This document shows positions 57,637 to 64,000 of a stretch of 64,000 bases of DNA, in pieces; within the stretch, counting starts at the first letter, position 1; every line of letters begins with the position of its first letter. The notes under the pieces are model-generated. The model saw nothing but the letters and a program-made list of their open reading frames with translations, was not told the origin of the DNA and ran no database searches. Origin of the DNA: an uncultured Rhodospirillales bacterium (GTDB lineage: Bacteria > Pseudomonadota > Alphaproteobacteria > BOG-932 > Roseiterribacteraceae); the NCBI GenBank assembly GCA_964631425.1, contig CAZVYC010000001.1:14376-78375 (forward strand). Reading direction: 5' to 3'. Both the position numbers and the translations under genes were made by a program.

Positions 57637-58361
57637 TGAGCCGCTGCGAGCTTCACGTTCACCCGGTCCTCGACGATCAGGCCGTCGCCCAGCCGAATGA
57701 TGCGGTCGCACTGCTCGGCCAGCGTATTGTCATGGGTGATGAGGACGAGCGTCGTGCCCTGTCGGCGCGCCAGGTCGAACAAGAGGGCGATCACGTGCCG
57801 TCCGGTCTCGCCGTCCAGGTTGCCGGTCGGCTCGTCCGCCAGCACCAGCTTGGGTCCGGCGACCAGCGCGCGGGCCAGCGCCACGCGCTGCTGCTCGCCA
57901 CCCGAGAGCTGCCCTGGATAATGCTCCAGCCGGTGGCCGAGGCCGACCGATTTCAAGCCCGCCTCGGCGCGCTCGAACGCGTCAGCCCGGCCGGCGAATT
58001 CAGCGGGCAGCGCCACGTTCTCGAGCGCGGTCATCGTCGGTACGAGATGGAAGTTCTGGAACACGATGCCGACCGAGTCACGGCGGAAGCGCGCCAGCCC
58101 GTCTTCATCGAGCGCCGACAGGTCCTGTCCGGCGACGACGATGCGACCGGCGGTCTGCCGTTCCAGACCGCCCATCAGCATCATCAGGCTCGATTTGCCG
58201 GAGCCCGAAGGCCCGACCAGCCCGACCCGTTCACCGGCCTCGACTTTGAGCGATATTCCCCTGAGGATATTGACCATCCCGGCCGCGCTCCTCAATTCCA
58301 GGTGCACGTCGGTGAGGTCGAGCATGGGCGCGGCCGAGACATTCGAGGTTGGGATGGGCAT
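57633..58361 (-). CDS. ybbA: YbbA-like ABC ATPase
   Basis: GPSGSGKSSL, LSGGEQQRVA.ARA, ADEPTGNLD; divergent from tesA. Confidence 0.9.
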   Translation of the reverse strand: MPIPTSNVSAAPMLDLTDVHLELRSAAGMVNILRGISLKVEAGERVGLVGPSGSGKSSLMMLMGGLERQTAGRIVVAGQDLSALDEDGLARFRRDSVGIVFQNFHLVPTMTALENVALPAEFAGRADAFERAEAGLKSVGLGHRLEHYPGQLSGGEQQRVALARALVAGPKLVLADEPTGNLDGETGRHVIALLFDLARRQGTTLVLITHDNTLAEQCDRIIRLGDGLIVEDRVNVKLAAAQ

Positions 58362-58410
58362 CGGGAACGGCTCCGGGCGGGCCAGAAACACTGAGACGCG
58401 ATATGGCGCG

Positions 58411-59058
58411 ATGTTAACCCGTTTCAATCTCGTCTGTCTGCGGGGATTGGCTACGGCGCTTGTGCTCGCGACCGTTCCTGTCTCGGCCCATGCCGCTACG
58501 ACCATTCTCGCCTTCGGCGACAGCTTGTTCGCTGGGTATGGCGTCGCCGACGCCGACAATGTTCCGACGCAGTTGGAGCGCGCGCTCAAGGCCGACGGCA
58601 GGGATGTGAAGGTGGTCAATGCCGCCGTCTCCGGCGATACGACGGCCGACGGTGTAGCGCGGCTCGATTGGTCCCTGGCGGACAAGCCCGATCTGGTGCT
58701 GCTGGAGCTCGGCGCCAATGACGGGCTGCGCGGCCTCGATCCCGGCCGTGCCAAGGCCAATCTCGACCAGATCCTGGCCGAGCTAAAGGCCAAGAACATT
58801 CCGGTCCTGCTGTGCGGCATGCTGGCGCCGCGCAATCTTGGTCCTGCCTATGCCGCCAAGTTCGACCCGATGTACAAGGAGTTGGCGGACAAGTACCACG
58901 TGCCGCTCTATCCGTTCATCCTGGACGGCGTGGCGCTCGACCCGAAATTCACCCAGGCCGACGGCATGCACCCGAACAAGGACGGCGTGGCCGTGATCGT
59001 GCAGCGCATTCTGCCCTATGTCGAAAGGGCCCTGCCGGCGAAGCAGGCCGCGGACTGA
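58411..59058 (+). CDS. tesA: Arylesterase/acyl-CoA thioesterase I (SGNH)
   Basis: GDSL, SGDTT, LELGANDGLRG, DG.HP. Confidence 0.93.
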   Translation: MLTRFNLVCLRGLATALVLATVPVSAHAATTILAFGDSLFAGYGVADADNVPTQLERALKADGRDVKVVNAAVSGDTTADGVARLDWSLADKPDLVLLELGANDGLRGLDPGRAKANLDQILAELKAKNIPVLLCGMLAPRNLGPAYAAKFDPMYKELADKYHVPLYPFILDGVALDPKFTQADGMHPNKDGVAVIVQRILPYVERALPAKQAAD

Positions 59059-59061
59059 TCC

Positions 59062-59607
59062 ATGCGCCTATTCATCGGCATCGCGATTCCGCCGGAGACC
59101 GGCGAGCTTCTGTGGTCGCTAACCGGCGGCGTGCCGGGTGCGCAATGGATGCCGGCGGAGAGCTATCACCTGACTCTGCGCTTCGTCGGCGAGGCCGGCC
59201 GCGCCGAGGCCGAGGAGCTGGATGAGCTGCTCGCAGCCATTGCGCTGCCCGGGTTCGAGCTGTCGCTGGCCGGCATCGATTATTTCGGCAGCGCGGCCCG
59301 CCCGCGCGTGATCTGGGCCGGCGTGGACCCGTCGCTGCCGCTCCACCAGCTGGCGCGCAAGGTTGACCGGGCTGTGCGGCAGGCCGAGCTGCCGCGCGAA
59401 GAGCGGGCCTTCACGCCGCATGTCACCATCGCGCGCCTGCATGACACGTCGCTGATGAGCGTGATGGCGTTCGTGCAGCAGAAATCCCTCTTCCGCGCGC
59501 CTCCGTTCGTCGTGGACCATTTCACCCTGTTCGAGAGCCGGCAGGGCGGCGGCGCGCCGGCCTATATCCGGCTGGCCGACTATCCGTTGTCCATCGCGCA
59601 TGAGTAG
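59062..59607 (+). CDS. thpR: RNA 2',3'-cyclic phosphodiesterase
   Basis: MRLF, two HxT motifs (HLTL, PHVT). Confidence 0.93.
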   Translation: MRLFIGIAIPPETGELLWSLTGGVPGAQWMPAESYHLTLRFVGEAGRAEAEELDELLAAIALPGFELSLAGIDYFGSAARPRVIWAGVDPSLPLHQLARKVDRAVRQAELPREERAFTPHVTIARLHDTSLMSVMAFVQQKSLFRAPPFVVDHFTLFESRQGGGAPAYIRLADYPLSIAHE

Positions 59608-59719
59608 AGCGAATTCACAGCCGCAGGCGTTGTGGTGGCTGGCGCGTTACCAATGTGGCCCTGACGCAACAAGCGGATAATGATGATTGATGCGGCAGGG
59701 CGAGGCGGAGGAGGAAGCA

Positions 59720-60100
59720 ATGAAGTGCGGCATGTTCAGCCTGGCCAGTGCCGCCGGGCTCGCTCTGGGCGGCGCCGTCGCGTTCGCCCTGCTGTCGCCC
59801 GCGTCGGCGATGGCAAAATCGGTCTGCATCCAGTCTTATCGGATCGACCATACCGAGACGCCGGACGACTATACGATCCTGTTCTACATGCATAACCACA
59901 AGGTGTGGAAGAACACGCTGATCAACCAGTGTGTCGGGCTCAGGGTCAACACGCGCGGCTTCACCTATCAGCCGACGACGCCCGGCAGCCTGGAGCTGTG
60001 CTCGAACCTGGTGACGATCCGGCTGAACGATACCGGCCAGACCTGCCTGATGGGCGAGTTCACGCCGGTCGAGCCGCCGCCGAAGAACGCGGTGCCCTAA
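59720..60100 (+). CDS. Small secreted Cys-containing hypothetical protein (DUF6491-like)
   Basis: GGAGG RBS, signal peptide, CI...RI......DD.TI, C.GL, four Cys in the mature part. Confidence 0.65.
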   Translation: MKCGMFSLASAAGLALGGAVAFALLSPASAMAKSVCIQSYRIDHTETPDDYTILFYMHNHKVWKNTLINQCVGLRVNTRGFTYQPTTPGSLELCSNLVTIRLNDTGQTCLMGEFTPVEPPPKNAVP

Positions 60101-60184
60101 GCGCGGGACCATCGATCCAGGCTTGCGGCCGGCGATAAAAAGCGGGATTGCTTCGCTTCGCGATAATGCGGAAAGGGGACCGAG

Positions 60185-60478
60185 ATGGCCAAAGCCTATT
60201 GGATCGCGTTTTATCGCTCGGTGAAGAACCCGGACGCGCTGGCCGCCTATGCCAAGCTGGCCTTGCCGGCGATTGAAGCCGCCGGCGGCCGTTTCGTGGC
60301 CCGGGGCATGCCGGCCGAGGCGTACGAGCATGGCCTCGCACAGCGGACGGTGGTGATCGAGTTCGACAGCCTGGAGCAGGCGAAGGCCGCCTATGGCAGC
60401 GCCGCCTACAAGGAGGCGCTGGCGGTCCTGGGCGACGCGGCGGAGCGCGACATCCGGGTGATCGAGGCCGCGGGGTAG
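60185..60478 (+). CDS. DUF1330 family protein
   Basis: AYWI, Y......I...GGRF..RG, R.VVIEF.S.E.A...Y.S..Y. Confidence 0.9.
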   Translation: MAKAYWIAFYRSVKNPDALAAYAKLALPAIEAAGGRFVARGMPAEAYEHGLAQRTVVIEFDSLEQAKAAYGSAAYKEALAVLGDAAERDIRVIEAAG

Positions 60479-60487
60479 GGCGCTCTT

Positions 60488-61123
60488 CTAGACCTGCGGA
60501 ACCTTCATGCCCCGCTGCACGGCAGGGCGGTCGCCGACGGTCTTCAGCCAGCGATGCACGTTGGGCTTCGTCTTTAGGCTGTCGGCCAGGACGTCACCCA
60601 GAAAGGTCGTAGCGGCCAGGGTCCAGGAATATGTCGCGATGTCGGCGATGGTGTAGTCATCGCCGGCTAGGTACTCCGACTCGCCGAGGCGGCGGTCCAT
60701 GACGCCGAGCAGGCGGTCGGCTTCGTCGGTAAAGCGCTGGATTGCGAGCGGCGCTTTTTCCTTGGAGCGAACGGCGAAGAAGCCCAGTTGTCCGAGCATC
60801 GGGCCCGGGCCGCCCACCTGCCAGTAGGTCCATTCCAGCGCCTTGTAGCGGGCAGGTCCGGAAGGGGCGAGGAACTTGCCGGTCTTTTCGGCCAGGTAGG
60901 TCAGGATGGCGCCGCTCTCGAACAAGGTAAGCGTGCCGCCGTCGGCCTCATCGTCCACGATCGCCGGGATCTTGTTGTTGGGCGAGATGGCCAGATATTC
61001 CGGCGCCATCTGCTCGCCCTTGCCGATGTTGATCGGGTGTACCGTGTAGGGCAGCCCGACTTCCTCCAGCATGATCGAGGCCTTGCGGCCGTTGGGCGTG
61101 GTCCAGGTGTAGAGGGTGATCAT
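60488..61123 (-). CDS. Glutathione S-transferase (YfcG-like Nu class)
   Basis: LYTW.TPNG.K, SPNNKIPAI.D, FESGAIL.YLAEK, YTIADIA, RPAV.RG. Confidence 0.92.
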   Translation of the reverse strand: MITLYTWTTPNGRKASIMLEEVGLPYTVHPINIGKGEQMAPEYLAISPNNKIPAIVDDEADGGTLTLFESGAILTYLAEKTGKFLAPSGPARYKALEWTYWQVGGPGPMLGQLGFFAVRSKEKAPLAIQRFTDEADRLLGVMDRRLGESEYLAGDDYTIADIATYSWTLAATTFLGDVLADSLKTKPNVHRWLKTVGDRPAVQRGMKVPQV

Positions 61124-61285
61124 TGTCGGGCTCCGGGTTGGTCGGATCGAATGAAATCAGGACATGATTCTAACGCGAAGAAAATAATGCCTGCGGCGCT
61201 GAAAAATTCTCATAAGCGCCGCAGGCAGTATTCTTATTGTTCCTTCGTGTTCTTGGTACCCTTCGTGTTTGTTATTTCATGATCT

Positions 61286-62512
61286 TTAGACCGCTTCGCC
61301 GCGGCCAAGCCGTGACAGTGCGCCGGCGGCACCCATGGCGCGGCGCATGAAGAAGCGGCGCAGGGGCGGAATCTGGTTCACGGCGCCCAGGCCTACGCGG
61401 CGGGCGAGGCGGATCGGCGGGATGTCGTTGGAGAACAGGCGGTCCAGGATGTCGGTCGTCGCGCTGAAGGCGATATTGTCCAGCCGTCGGGTGCGCTCGT
61501 AGCGGCGGAGCAGCAGCGGGTCGCCAAGGTCAAGCCCGGTGCGGCGGTGGTCGACCAGAAGCTCGGCCAGGAGTCCGATATCGCGCATGCCGAGATTGAG
61601 GCCCTGGCCGGCGATCGGGTGGATCACATGAGCCGCATCGGCAATCAGGGCAGCGCGGGGGCCAACATAGCGGCGTGCATGGCGGAGCGACAGCGGATAG
61701 GTGAAGCGTGGGCCGATTTCCCAAACACGGCCCAGCCACTCTCCGGTGCGGCGCTGCAGCTCGGCGGCAAAGGCCTCGCCTTCCAACTTGGCATAGAGCG
61801 GCACGCGGTCACGATGGTCGGTCCAGACGATCGAACTGCGATGCGTGCCATCGGTCGCATCGGTCATCGGCAGCGTCGCGAACGGGCCGGGCGGCAGGAA
61901 GTTCTCCACGGCGACGTTTCCGTGCGGCCGCTCATGTCCCATGATCGTGACGATCGCGTCCTGGTTGTATTTCCAGCCGATCGTCTCGATGCCCGTGGCG
62001 GCCCGGATAAACGAGTCACGCCCGTCCGCGCCCACCACCAGCTCGGCCGCCACCTCCCGCCCATCCGCGAGGCTGAGGCGCGCGAGTGAGCCGGACATGT
62101 CCAGCGCGGCGACGGTTGCCGGCGCGATGTGTGTCACCGTCCGCAGCACCTGGATTCGGCGATGGAGCGCGCGGCGGATCAGCCGGTTCTCGATGATCGA
62201 TCCCAGCGGGTCGTCGCCGACCTCGCGCGAATCGAAATGAAGGAACAAGGGCGAGAAACCGTCCGCGACCCGGATTTCGTCGATCGGGCAGGAATCCGCT
62301 TCCAGGCCGGCCCACAGGCTGGCGCCTTCCAGGATTCGGCGGGAACCGAAGGTGATGGCGGTGGTGCGGCCGTCATAGGTGCTGGCTTCGAGCGCGGCCG
62401 GCGCCTGCCGCTCGATCAGCGCAACGGCAAGACCGGCGTCGCCCAGGATTGCCGCCAGCGTGGTGCCGGCGATGCCGCCGCCGACGATCGCCACATCGAA
62501 CCGCTCGGTCAT
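61286..62512 (-). CDS. ubiH: UbiH/UbiF/VisC/COQ6 family ubiquinone hydroxylase
   Basis: [35 protein letters not shown]; exact paralog (ubiH vs ubiL) not resolvable by eye. Confidence 0.85.
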   Translation of the reverse strand: MTERFDVAIVGGGIAGTTLAAILGDAGLAVALIERQAPAALEASTYDGRTTAITFGSRRILEGASLWAGLEADSCPIDEIRVADGFSPLFLHFDSREVGDDPLGSIIENRLIRRALHRRIQVLRTVTHIAPATVAALDMSGSLARLSLADGREVAAELVVGADGRDSFIRAATGIETIGWKYNQDAIVTIMGHERPHGNVAVENFLPPGPFATLPMTDATDGTHRSSIVWTDHRDRVPLYAKLEGEAFAAELQRRTGEWLGRVWEIGPRFTYPLSLRHARRYVGPRAALIADAAHVIHPIAGQGLNLGMRDIGLLAELLVDHRRTGLDLGDPLLLRRYERTRRLDNIAFSATTDILDRLFSNDIPPIRLARRVGLGAVNQIPPLRRFFMRRAMGAAGALSRLGRGEAV

Positions 62513-63852
62513 TGCTTATTCTCCGGCGCGCCGATCTCGCCTACGCCCATCTCCTGCGCAATCGCGCGCCAGCCGATGTCGCGGCGGCAGAAACCGCCCG
62601 GCCAGTCGATCCGGTCGACTGCATCATAGGCCCGCGCCTGCGCCTCGGCGACCGTGGCGCCGGTTGCCACCACATTGAGCACCCGGCCGCCGGCCGCCAC
62701 CAGGCGTTCGTCCGTATCGCGCTTCGTGCCGGCGTGCAGCACCGCGATGCCCTCGACCTTCGCGGCCTCGGCCAAGCCCTTGATTTCGGTGCCGGCACGG
62801 GGCGTGCCGGGATAACCCTCTGCGCAGAGCACCACGGTCAGCGCGGCGACGTCACGCCAGACCGGCACAGGCGCGGACGCCAGCCGGCCGGTCGCGGTCG
62901 CCAGCATCAGCGCGAGTGGGTCGCTTTCGAGTCGGGCCATCAGCACCTGGCATTCCGGGTCGCCGAATCGGACATTGACCTCGATCAGCCGAGGCTTCGG
63001 CCCGTCGGTGCCTGGCACGATCATCACGCCGGCGAAGATGATGCCGCGGTAGGGCCTGCCCTCAGCCACCATGGTGCGGGCCAGCGGGCGGATAATCTCA
63101 TCAAGCACTTGCCGCTCGATGGCCGGAGTTACCACCGGGGCGGGGCTATAGGCGCCCATGCCGCCGGTATTGGGGCCGGTGTCGCCGTCACCGACTGCCT
63201 TGTGATCCTGTGCCGCGCCGAATGGCACCACGGTCTCGCCCTCGACGAGCGCGAAATAGCTGGCCTCTTCACCGGCCATGAATTCTTCGATCACGATCTC
63301 CTCGCCGGCGGCGCCGAACCGGCCGCCGACCAGCGCCTCATCGATCGCAGCCTCGGCCTCGGCCAGCGTGTGGGCGATGGTGACGCCCTTGCCGGCAGCG
63401 AGCCCGTCGGCCTTGATCACGATCGGCACGCCCTGGGCGGCGATGTAGGCCCTGGCCGCGGCCGGGTCACGGAAGCGGGCATACGCGGCGGTTGGAATGC
63501 CGTATTTGGCGGCCAGATCCTTCATGAAGGATTTCGAGCCCTCCAGCGCCGCGGCGGCGCGGGTCGGGCCGAACGCCGCGATGCCTTCCTCGGTCAGCCC
63601 GTCGACCAGGCCGGCGACGAGCGGTCCCTCCGGCCCCACCACCACGAGATCGATCGCGTGCCGCTCGGCGAACGCGATCTGGGCCGCGACATCTTCGGCG
63701 CCGATCGGCACGCATTCCGCCACTTCGGCAATGCCGGGATTGCCGGGCGCGACGTAGAGCTTCGCAGTCAGGGGAGACGCGGCGATCCGGCGGGCCAGCG
63801 CGTGCTCGCGGCCGCCGCCGCCGACAAGAAGGACATTTAGACGGTCGGGCAA
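62509..63852 (-). CDS. purD: Phosphoribosylamine--glycine ligase
   Basis: [59 protein letters not shown]; probable TTG start. Confidence 0.97.
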   Translation of the reverse strand: MPDRLNVLLVGGGGREHALARRIAASPLTAKLYVAPGNPGIAEVAECVPIGAEDVAAQIAFAERHAIDLVVVGPEGPLVAGLVDGLTEEGIAAFGPTRAAAALEGSKSFMKDLAAKYGIPTAAYARFRDPAAARAYIAAQGVPIVIKADGLAAGKGVTIAHTLAEAEAAIDEALVGGRFGAAGEEIVIEEFMAGEEASYFALVEGETVVPFGAAQDHKAVGDGDTGPNTGGMGAYSPAPVVTPAIERQVLDEIIRPLARTMVAEGRPYRGIIFAGVMIVPGTDGPKPRLIEVNVRFGDPECQVLMARLESDPLALMLATATGRLASAPVPVWRDVAALTVVLCAEGYPGTPRAGTEIKGLAEAAKVEGIAVLHAGTKRDTDERLVAAGGRVLNVVATGATVAEAQARAYDAVDRIDWPGGFCRRDIGWRAIAQEMGVGEIGAPENKQ

Positions 63853-63891
63853 TCTTTTGCTCCTCGAACCGGCGGCTTGTATCATGCGGGG

Positions 63892-64000
63892 GTGAACACG
63901 CAAATCGAAGCCGAACTCGCCCCGCCCGGTCCCGCGCCCGGCGGCAACCTCGCCCCTTATACCGTGGGCGAGCTCGCCCGCGCGGTGAAACGCACCATCG
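63892..64000 (+). CDS. xseA: Exodeoxyribonuclease VII large subunit, N-terminus (3' truncated)
   Basis: GTG...[16 protein letters not shown] resembles the XseA N-terminus; divergent purD-xseA arrangement is common in alphaproteobacteria. Confidence 0.75.
   Translation, partial: MNTQIEAELAPPGPAPGGNLAPYTVGELARAVKRTI

Noticed and set aside
63830-63903. purD lacks the usual ATG before NVLLVG
   Set aside because: An in-frame TTG at 63852 provides a plausible start and the gene is otherwise intact; not a pseudogene

Overview
GC-rich alphaproteobacterial chromosome segment, Rhodospirillales-like by gene order and content (inference). The right part (~45.5-64 kb) is mostly core genes: rsmD, rluB-like, tadA, BI-1/YccA, ybbA/ybbP/tesA, thpR, GST, a ubiH-family hydroxylase, purD and the start of xseA. 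The left and middle are accessory catabolic and redox modules: asparaginase-like + TauD dioxygenase; an IorAB-type molybdoenzyme; a phosphotransferase/tandem CoA-transferase cluster; a cytochrome b + molybdopterin oxidoreductase + Met-rich MXKDX peptide + peroxiredoxin cluster with two ECF SigF-type promoters; a LysR/peptide-type ABC importer divergent from a five-gene exported DUF1592/DUF1552 operon; an aldehyde-catabolism operon with a Fae homolog; vapBC; a deletion-damaged cytochrome c peroxidase/metallophosphoesterase/SoxA-like cytochrome locus; a FUSC efflux pump; and an ABC/DHDPS-like islet. Several palindromic repeat families are present, and some copies are read in-frame inside genes. 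I saw no rRNA, tRNA, CRISPR array, integrase or transposase. Best candidates for undescribed systems: the DUF1592/DUF1552 exported operon, the Fae-containing operon, the SigF/Met-rich peptide module and the SoxA-like cytochrome/metallophosphoesterase pairing. All family calls come from motif recognition by eye, not database searches.
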